Shown here: in pieces, positions 41,259 to 50,518 of the stretch
Position numbering within the stretch: position 1 is the first letter of the stretch
Layout: each line of letters opens with the position of its first letter
From: Paraphysomonas bandaiensis
Lineage: Eukaryota; Protista; Chrysophyceae
Direction of reading: 5' to 3'
NCBI GenBank assembly: GCA_965644295.1
Contig: CBFFRP010000298.1
Span: forward strand, 124,001 to 188,000
DNA length: 64,000 nucleotides
Made by a program: the position numbers and the translations under genes
The notes under the pieces: generated by a model
The model's input: the letters and a program-made list of their open reading frames with translations, nothing else
Database searches by the model: none
Told to the model about the DNA's origin: nothing

Positions 41259-43260
41259 ATGGCTAACCGGGTTTTTACGCAAGTTGGACAGTTGGATATA
41301 TATTCTGCTACCACCTGATATGGTATTCCATGCCCTGGAAAACGTTTATTGAGACGAATCCAAGTAGCTTTCCCTCCAAGATGACCCACGCGAGAGTTGT
41401 GTACCTCACGCAAGCATTCCTCACGAGATATATTCATGGAAGGTTGTTCTTGGTCACTGAGATCCGACGGGTCCATAAAATTTCCTAGGAATGAGAAATA
41501 CTCAGAATCCTGACAGTCCTCTCCCAGAAAATAGGCATCATCCCACATAGAATCATCCAAGAACATGCCCGACAGATAAGCCAGTTGGTGTTCCCTGGAT
41601 AACCAGTCTGCTAACCAATTCTGTGCTCCCGAAATATGTCGGATTTTAAAATTGAATGATTGCAAGAATATTCTCCATCTAACAATTTTTGGTACCTCAG
41701 ACGCTTCCATCCAGAGCAAATTGTTATGGTCTGTTTCTATTGTAAACTGCTTTCCAACTAAGTAATACGCTAGCTGTTTAACCGAATAGTAGATACCATA
41801 GCCCTCCTGCTCTATAGTAGCCCATTTCATTGCTTGCTCTGAAAACTTTTTAGAGATAAAGGCAATAGGTTGCAATTGAGCTTCTCCTGACGGTAATATC
41901 TTCCGTTGTAGTAGTACAGAACCTATACCTAGCTCACTTGCATCAGTCCGTAAAATCCACTCTAACTCATAATCAGGGTAGAAGAGCTCACAAGCATCTT
42001 GTAAACCTTTTATGAAACGTTTGTACTCAGCTTCATAATCATGACGCCAAGTAGATTTATTCCAATTGAAAGATTTCTTAGTGAGGTCCGTTAAATGACC
42101 TACTAAGTCAGAATACTTTGGCGTGAAGCTGGAAAAGAAAACTCCCTTGCCTAGCAGAGATCTAGCTTGTTTAGTCGATGTTGGCATAGGTATGTTTGCC
42201 AACGCTTCCTTTTTATCCGGACACACTTCATACGATTTGTGTTTGCACACATATCCGAAAAAATTAACTTTCTTAAAACCAAGCCAGCTCTTAGCCATTT
42301 TCAACTTGATGTTTCTCTCCAGACATCTGTCAATAACTCGTTCCAACTTTTCATAAGCATCCTGGGGATCGTTGGCTAGTATTAGCATATTATCAAAGAT
42401 AACGATAGCCCAGTCTGAAAAATCGGCAAATATCTCCCGAACAACCTCTTGCAGAACACCAGTAGCAGGCGCTATACCCTCTGGCATGAAATTAGGTGCA
42501 AACTGTCCCCATGGCGTTTGAATGGACAATTTTTCGGAAGTTTCCTCATCTAAAGGTATTTGATGAAACGCATTTGTAAGATCTATATCCAAATAATATG
42601 GAAAATTAATGATCTTGTCAAGTTCATGTTTGACATTGGGAATAGTGTAGTTTCCCACATGCATATGATCATTGATCTTAACGTAATCCCCACAAAATCG
42701 AATATAAGGAGGTGTAGCCTTGGGCGCTACTACAAGACAAGAAGCCCATGGCGATCTACTCTTCCGGTAAAAATACCCACACAGACGACGAAATTCTTTC
42801 TCTGAAGCTTCCCATAGCTTCGGATTAATAGGCCTCGCCTTGGGTTTGATCCGATCCGGAAGTGTATCTTTCCACTTAATTTTTAAAGGTTCAACACCCT
42901 TTACACCAGACCACTCATCTGGTACAAAGACTTTAACCGCTTTAGTTCGTAGGAGATGCATCACATTTGTTTGTTCCTTCATCTCACTACTAACATGGGT
43001 CTCCAACAACTGCTCATAGTCTTTTAAAGCTTCCGCTCTAGTCTTTCCTAAGAATACCAAAGCTTCTTTAAATTGAACCGGCAATTCGGAATCCTCTTCC
43101 TCCGGTGCAATTTTAGTACTCGCTTTAGACCATGGTTCCACTATTTGTCCATGCTCTAAGCCAGACAAATCATGAGTCGAAATCTTCTTGGAATCACTTT
43201 CTATCTCATAAGATGTTTGTTCAAAAGCATGCCTCATCGATTCACACATAAAGGGATACA
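41259..43260 (-). pseudogene. pol: Gypsy family B pol fragment (RT, RNase H, integrase HHCC), open throughout but truncated at both ends
   Basis: 680-aa ORF homologous to but distinct from family A; RTDASELG, ETDH, H..H..CPTC. Confidence 0.9.
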
Positions 43261-43525
43261 CAATCTAAACAATTGCTATGTACTACTCAATTTCGCAATA
43301 TATAAGGCCTTATGGGACTTATAGTAATATTACTATGCACAAACCAGACTTGCGGGTTTGCTCCCAACAAAATGTATAATAAGGTGTGAGTAAACACTTA
43401 TTATTACTGTTAAATCACCCAACACGGTCAACGATATCCGCTAGATAACGCCGCGCAGTATTCCCTCTAAGAATAAAGATCGCTGTTAAGACAGTGTCAA
43501 GTAACTTAAAACAATGACATGCAAG
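43261..43525. repeat. 265-bp direct repeat, copy 2
   Basis: Identical by eye to 40994-41258. Confidence 0.9.
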
Positions 43526-44323
43526 GAATAACATATAGAATGGTACGCATCTACAGAATGAACCAAGTTCATTTTATATCACACACACCACACCGCATGC
43601 ATTCTTGCATACACCGTGTATACCACACGTATTATGACAATAAAACAAAACTGAATAACAGCGTATGAAACTGAATAACTGCGCATAAAACTGAAACTAC
43701 CTACATAGCATAAAACTGAAATAAAACCATAGTGATAAAACTGAAAAACAGCTAACTAAAATGAGTAACGTAATACCGTATTCGCTGATAGTCTACTGCT
43801 CTTATCATACTCCCTAAACTCATATAAAACTTATTGCATCTTTACTCTCTCTATATATTCCTCTTTAAGCCACACGCTTGCCATAATAGCCACCCACTAT
43901 GCCTGCTTAGCAGCATCACCATGCATAGCGTCTATAGCATGCTCTTGAATGGTCCTAACTCCTGCTCATCTCCATATCCAGAGCACCATTAAGTCGGAGG
44001 AAGGCGATGACCAGGTCAAATGGTCAAAACCAGGCCAAATAAGCTATTACCTAAAAAATTGTATTTTATGTGTCTAGATTCTTTCTAACATGTTTGTAGC
44101 TTGTTTCTACTGCTCAAAACATTATATTTGTTCATTATTTACAAAATAAAATTAGCGATACAAGCATTATAATTACCAAAATATATAACTATTAACTATA
44201 ATATATATTATACATATAACAATATTCAACAGTTAAATCATAATATATATATAGTTAATAAAGCGTTTGAGAATTACTCAAACATACGAGCAGTACAACT
44301 AATCCAGGATACAAACAACATGA

Positions 44324-45905
44324 TTACATAGGCTGATACTGTGGGGGATACTGGAGGGGATAGTTAGGTGGTTGCATGGGAGGCGTTACCACGTGTTGCT
44401 GTGGCTGCATACTCAAGATGAAAGCCTCATACGTTTGAACCTGCAGCTCAGCTTCATTCCAGCGTGAAGTACGTTTACCTTGATTAAGAAGAGCTTGCGC
44501 TTGCATGTATTGCAAAGGAGAGGAAAGGGTAGAAGAGCAGGGCCCAAGTGTCATTTGTTGTGCCGTTGGCTGCATGTGAGGGGTGTATGTGGGTGTCACA
44601 GGTGGATACCCGCCAGTGAATTGTTGAGAAGGAGTCCCAACAACTTGAGGAGTTGGTACAGGAGTGCTAGGCGTACTTGATGATGCGCTACGCTGCAGCA
44701 GCTGGTCCTCAAGCAACTCATACTTTCTCTTTTGCTCCTCAAGCATCCGAACAAGATCTTTTTTCAAGGGAATTTTTGACTTCTTGCTTGTTGGTAAGTC
44801 ATTATCAGTCCCACCGTCTTCTACCACACTTTCGTTCTTAACCTTCTTTTGGTCGTTCTTAACAGCACCCTGCTTTGATGCTCTCGTAGCAGCTGCACGC
44901 TTCGCTTTTGCCTTGCCCCTACACTTCTTATCATTGTGGACTGCTATTAGTGTGGACACCAGTGGTTCATGCTTAGTGTTTCTTTTCGGATTACGCCTCT
45001 TGCGGACCTTTTCGTTAGTCGCTGCAAGTTGCCCTTCGACAATTGGGTCAAAGCCATCAACAATTAGGTGGCCCTGCTCATCCTTGTTTGGTCCATTCTT
45101 CGAATCCCAGAATAAAGGTGTCAAGAACTTCACTAGATGAACTCCCATTTGGTCAGAATCAACTTCTTCATCAAGCAAATAGTCCAATTCGAGTACATGC
45201 TTACTGATTCCAGTCCACAAAATAACAACTTCGCTGTCGACGTCCCAAAGCACGACGTCGTAGCGAGGCCTGGCGCTCTTTGTCCGAAGGTAGCATAAGA
45301 TAACGTACTCCTTTCCAGTTTTATAGTTCCGAGTGCGGACCATAGACAGGTGAATAATCTTGGTGCTCGTATTGAAATGAGCACCAAGGACATAATAGTT
45401 GAAGAGCGGCGGGATAGACGCCATGACTTCGGGGTTTACGAAGAGTCGAAGTGTAGCTCCATCCATCTGAAACTTCTTCCGAGCGTAGCAGTGACTCCTC
45501 CCTGAGTACTCAATCGAAAAGGAAGCTTCAGTGGTCATAAAATCGTCAAGGAATTGATGGCCCCTGGTATTGCTCCTACCTTTCTTTGCGTCTGTTTTCT
45601 TGTTTGTTTGCAATGCATATGATGAATCACAAGCTGTGAATAAAAATAAGATCATTTGTTTGATTTCACTCACTGCACGACTCACCATCTTCTGCTGTTT
45701 CTGTTTTATCATCATCAAATTCATCAAGGAATGCTGCAGCTGCATCCATAGCACACTGGGAGCACATCGAGGAGCTTACCCCTCTATCTGATGACCTAAA
45801 CGTTTTGTTGCAAGAAGTGCAACAGACAGGACCCGCCGGCATTTCCTGAGAGCCACCACTGGAGTACATATCTAGAGTGTTGGAATATGAATCCAAGTCA
45901 TCCAT
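44324..45905 (-). CDS. Transposon accessory protein, ~509 aa, two exons: N-terminal CxxC...CxxC, central globular domain, basic region, coiled coil, P/Q-rich tail
   Basis: Exon 45905-45686 joined to 45633-44324 via a 52-bp GTGAGT...CAG intron keeps frame (EDA-CDS). Confidence 0.75.
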
Positions 45906-46377
45906 TACTTTAACATGTATGCTGTATATATGTGTCTATATATGTGTATATGTTTATATGTTTGTAGTGTATGTGTGTGATATCACTGAGAGGAGTGGAT
46001 TTGATGACAAAACAGCAACTCAACTCAAAAAAATGATGGAAGAAATTCCGAATTCCGAATACGATCCTCTTTTTTTAGTTCAACACTTCGACTTCACTTC
46101 ACTTCGACCTCATTCATCATCATCACATGCATACATGTATACATACATATATATTCCACTCATCCATAATATATACATACATACATAGCCTGAGACTCTA
46201 GTAATATCACAATCATTTAGATCAAACTCTCTGCAGTGCATCTCTCGGTTCGTTGCGCTATTTTCATCGTTTCAATCTGCTTGCTGTGTGAGCTGTGGAG
46301 TTGTTCGCAACAGGTATAGAGAATTTCAGTGCCCTCCACTCTCTGCTTATCGTGATATTATTGTCACCAACAGAACA

Positions 46378-46879
46378 CAGCACTAGCTGACTAGTTTGAC
46401 GGTTGTATGCTGCTCCGCGTCAACAGGTTACAGCACTAGCTGACTAGTTTGACGGTTGTATGCTGCTCCGCGTCAACAGGTTACAGCACTAGCTGACTAG
46501 TTTGACGGTTGTATGCTGCTCCGCGTCAACAGGTTACAGCACCAGCTGACTAGTTTGACGGTTGTATGCTGCTCCGCGTCAACAGGTTACAGCACTAGCT
46601 GACTAGTTTGACGGTTGTATGCTGCTCCGCGTCAACAGGTTACAGCACTAGCTGACTAGTTTGACGGTTGTATGCTGCTCCGCGTCAACAGGTTACAGCA
46701 TCAGCTGACTAGTTTGACGGTTGTATGCTGCTCCGCGTCAACAGGTTACAGCACCAGCTGACTAGTTTGACGGTTGTATGCTGCTCCGCGTCAACAGGTT
46801 ACAGCACCAGCTGACTAGTTTGACGGTTGTATGCTGCTCCGCGTCAACAGGTTACAGCACCAGCTGACTAGTTTGACGG
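46378..46879. repeat. Tandem array of 9 complete plus 1 partial 53-bp units
   Basis: Unit cagcactagctgactagtttgacggttgtatgctgctccgcgtcaacaggtta; only positions 6-7 vary. Confidence 0.97.
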
Positions 46880-46982
46880 GAGTGTGTATTATTATTCGTG
46901 TATTGTGTATATATAATATATTATATTGATTAAAATATTATATAATCACAATAATAACATCTTCATTTTGTTGTTGCGGTAG

Positions 46983-49655
46983 ATGAAATGTCTTTTGAAA
47001 ACAGCCCACCAGGCATGCTGTTGCCTCATATGTGTCCTATGTTGCGCTTGTGAGGGTTGTACTATTTACCGTGCGTTGAACGATACATACCTGGACGAAA
47101 CGCAGGACCTTATGATCGATTGTATGAAAGAGGTGGCAAGGAAGAATGCAGAGCAGCGGAAGCAGTATTTTCTTGATAAGTGCCGATCGTTTGAGTGCCG
47201 CGTAACTGTGTGCGGGAAGTACAAGCTAAATTTTATTGCTGGTACTGGGACACTTGCCACACGTGTCTGTCGGCAAGGTTTTCTGAGTGCCTACTGTATC
47301 TCGAAGTGGTATCTTGATAATATTGTGTCAATGATGAAGGCGGGTTATACTTGTGTAACTGCTTCCTTCAACGATCGTTCCGCGATACCTGCGGAGTTTC
47401 GTTCGAGCAAAGACTTGTTGAAGTTTGCTGATTCGTATGACATCAAGCTGTCCATGGAGATGCTGGGAAACGTAAATATGCCTAATAGTGTGTCTTCTCT
47501 TATTGCTGTAGCATGGATGCAGTACTTTTTCAGTTTGGTTGGCGATTGCCCTCCTTGTGGTACCGAGGAAGTTCACCTTGACCAATCGACAAAGCATAGC
47601 ATCTACGATGAATACGTTAATGATATGAGTGCTTTTGATAATAGCAGAGATCCGCTTTCTGAGCGCTCTTTTTTAGAGCTGTGGCGAAATGTGTACAAGC
47701 ACGTCAAACGTCGTAAGTTCAAGCACTGCTGTGGGAAGTGCAATGTATGTTCCGCTTTATCCGAGTTAAGGAGGAAGTATCAGGACAGCAGAGGGCGTAG
47801 GGAGGTTACCATGCTGTTTAACATGCACCGTATTACTTTCATGGGTGAGCGCCGTATGTACTATACACGACGAGGTCTGGGACTAATGGAATCATGGGCT
47901 TATATTTCCGGTATTACTGATGGAATGCAACAGAATAGATGCTTGCTACCATGGTTTGGTCACAAAAAAGCTCCACCTAAGCATTTGAAGCAGCACCTTC
48001 AAGGACTTTTGTTGCATGGTCGTAGCCTTGACATTTATCGCTCGTTTTCCAATGTTAGAGTTACAGCCTCGTTTTGTATATATACGTGGCTTCTGAGTCT
48101 TGAGAAATTGTTCGTTGCGAATGGGCGCAAGTCTGTGGGAACAATTTTTCATCAGATTGATGGTGGATCAGAAAATGCCAATGTGTTGTATTTGGTGGTG
48201 TGCTTCATGTTAGTGTTATATGGAATTTGTGAAAAAGTTGTCTTGACTCGGTTATTGCCGGGCCATACCCACGAGGATATAGATGGACTCTTTGCCCTCA
48301 TATGGAACTATCTGAAGGACAGGCACTGTCTCAGTCCAGATGAGTTTGAAGATGTCATCAAATCCGCGTTGCAGAAGTACGAGGACAAACTTGAAGTGAA
48401 GAATATACTTGTCGTCCCGGACTTTTCGGATTGGTTCGACGGGTTAGTTGACCCAAAGGTTGAACGTTTTGCAAAAGAGGAATGGACTCAACTGCAGTTC
48501 ATTTTTGAAAGAGTCGAGCCCTCGGAGAGGTATGAGCATGGCGTGAAAGCTACTTGTCGGCCGTATGCAAAAGATGAAGTGGTTGAGATTGTGGATGACC
48601 CTGACCAGGATTCGATCACCGGGCTGATCCCTCAGCTTACCAAGGTCAACATTCAACCTGCAGATGAAGACCCTCCCTTCAATTTTTTATTGCGGTTACC
48701 ACGAGAGGCTAAAGTATTTAAGCCGGAGCCTTTTGTTGCGATGAGTAGACAACATGCATTAGTTTGCTCAAATAAGATGATTCAATCCTACACTGGTAAG
48801 AATCCTGCTGTGGTGGAGAGTTGGACGCGGTGGAGAGACAGTGTGTTGCCACAGTCTGATGATGCAGATGAATACGTAGCCGAGCATCCCATGTACATTC
48901 CCTTTAAAGACCAACTCTTCTCTGGTAATCCAGCTCCAGAGAGGAGTTCATTGGAAAGAGCAGATCATGCTACAACCCTTGATGGCGTGACTCTTCCGCC
49001 AATGAGAGTTGTCGAGAGTACAACAAGCAGTCTGTGTCACTCTGGGAAGCCCAAACCTTCTTCCAAAAAACACGAGACACCTGCTCGTCTTGTAGTCCGT
49101 GAGAGGGATGGTTCTGTGCCATCTCAACCAAAGGAGGCCCGGGCAGGAATTATTGTTACCCAGAAGACTCCAAGAAAAACGCAGACGAAGAAGGGGTATT
49201 CATCTGGCAAGAAGAAGGAGTCAGCGACAAAGAAGAAGGGCTCTTCTTTCAACTCTGACATGATTACTAGTGACGATATTGATGGTTTTGTTGCGGAAGT
49301 CGAAGACGAGGAAGAAGAGTCAGAATATGAGGAAGAAGAAGAGGAGGGAGTTCGAAACTTTGAACTTGGTGCTGTGATTCAGAACATGCATCGCCTGCGC
49401 GGGACTATCACAGCTTGTCATGACGATGGATCCTATGATGTGAAGTACAAAGACGGTAGAACTGATGAGAATGTGTCTTGGAAGTTGCTGTTCCCTCCTC
49501 CGGCTCCTCGAAAGAGTACTTCTAGCAAGAAAGGTTCGTATGAAATGATGGTTGTTCCGGATGACTACAAGTGGGTGGATACTGGGGCTGTTTCTTCCGC
49601 CATTCACTCTGTATCCGGCAAGCGCAAGCGATCGAATGTAAATTATAAAATGTGA
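46983..49655 (+). CDS. DDD-type transposase (Sola-like by motif recall) with C-terminal Tudor-like domain
   Basis: 890-aa ORF with CGKCNVC...H zinc motif and candidate catalytic ITDGMQQ, QIDGGSEN and LLPGHTHEDID. Tail RGTITACHDDGSYDVKYKDG..DENV; NLS-like KRKR. Confidence 0.8.
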   Translation: MKCLLKTAHQACCCLICVLCCACEGCTIYRALNDTYLDETQDLMIDCMKEVARKNAEQRKQYFLDKCRSFECRVTVCGKYKLNFIAGTGTLATRVCRQGFLSAYCISKWYLDNIVSMMKAGYTCVTASFNDRSAIPAEFRSSKDLLKFADSYDIKLSMEMLGNVNMPNSVSSLIAVAWMQYFFSLVGDCPPCGTEEVHLDQSTKHSIYDEYVNDMSAFDNSRDPLSERSFLELWRNVYKHVKRRKFKHCCGKCNVCSALSELRRKYQDSRGRREVTMLFNMHRITFMGERRMYYTRRGLGLMESWAYISGITDGMQQNRCLLPWFGHKKAPPKHLKQHLQGLLLHGRSLDIYRSFSNVRVTASFCIYTWLLSLEKLFVANGRKSVGTIFHQIDGGSENANVLYLVVCFMLVLYGICEKVVLTRLLPGHTHEDIDGLFALIWNYLKDRHCLSPDEFEDVIKSALQKYEDKLEVKNILVVPDFSDWFDGLVDPKVERFAKEEWTQLQFIFERVEPSERYEHGVKATCRPYAKDEVVEIVDDPDQDSITGLIPQLTKVNIQPADEDPPFNFLLRLPREAKVFKPEPFVAMSRQHALVCSNKMIQSYTGKNPAVVESWTRWRDSVLPQSDDADEYVAEHPMYIPFKDQLFSGNPAPERSSLERADHATTLDGVTLPPMRVVESTTSSLCHSGKPKPSSKKHETPARLVVRERDGSVPSQPKEARAGIIVTQKTPRKTQTKKGYSSGKKKESATKKKGSSFNSDMITSDDIDGFVAEVEDEEEESEYEEEEEEGVRNFELGAVIQNMHRLRGTITACHDDGSYDVKYKDGRTDENVSWKLLFPPPAPRKSTSSKKGSYEMMVVPDDYKWVDTGAVSSAIHSVSGKRKRSNVNYKM

Positions 49656-49944
49656 ATTGGCTTGGGACTTTTGTATGATTATATGATATTATTTAACGTG
49701 TTTTATATATATGAATTTTTACGTATATTATTATAGTTAATAGTTATATATTATGGTAATTATAATGCTTGTATCGCTAATTTTATTTTGTAAATAATGA
49801 ACAAATATAATGTTTTGAGCAGTAGAAACAAGCTACAAACATGTTAGAAAGAATCTAGACACATAAAATACAATTTTTTAGGTAATAGCTTATTTGGCCT
49901 GGTTTTGACCATTTGACCTGGTCATCGCCTTCCTCCGACTTATT

Positions 49945-50438
49945 ATGAAAATGCATCTCACTGAGGTATTGGGCTGTGTACATCCATAGTTCTGCACTTA
50001 ACTTGAGACATTTATGTTCAGGATGTACTAGCAACATCTGAAGATCACTTCTTATGCTGTTCTGAGGATGATGCAGAGAGAATTGTGTGTACATCACGTT
50101 GATGCTACCTAAGTCTCTCTCCATTGCCCTTATTGCCTCTACGTCATAGAACAACAGGTGCAGTCGGCTGGCTTCACATGTATTGCAAGTAGAGATACTG
50201 GGTAACGTGTTTTGAGTGTCGTGATATTAATAACTGCCTATAGAGTAGCCGCATGTATGCACTTCAGTGTGAATGGCTTGTTGTAATTCCGTGACTCGTG
50301 GCTAGATCCTTGCACTTCCTCCGTAAATAATTATCTTGTACTGTTTGCTGTCCGTCTTCTATTGTTGACTCTCTTCTTGTTGTTGAATACCCTATTTCAC
50401 TACTGCAACTTGCTACTATATAAACCCCCAGGGTTACA
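49945..50438 (-). mobile_element. Start of the Gypsy family A LTR, interrupted by the DNA transposon and presumably continuing below 43990
   Basis: Minus strand: A-run and gagagggaaaaagg PPT (50442-50477), then tag, then TGTAACCC at 50438. Confidence 0.75.
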
Positions 50439-50518
50439 CTACCTTTTTCCCTCTCTTTTTTTTTTTTTTTTTTTTTTGTTTCGATAATAATATAACTCAG
50501 TATAAAAATAAGTCAAAA

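Larger units (their letters stand above)
43991..49941. mobile_element. Two-gene cut-and-paste DNA transposon, 5951 bp, with ~213-bp TIRs
   Basis: 43991-44203 is the reverse complement of 49729-49941 (one mismatch seen). Flanked by ATT/ATT, or TA/TA if the ends are 43992/49940. Encodes a transposase-like ORF and a divergent second gene. Confidence 0.9.

Noticed and set aside
46378-46879. CRISPR or guide-RNA array
   Set aside because: Units are contiguous and essentially identical, with no unique spacers and no cas-like or RuvC/HNH gene nearby.
49855-50154. 99-aa ORF
   Set aside because: Chance frame spanning the LTR / TIR junction.
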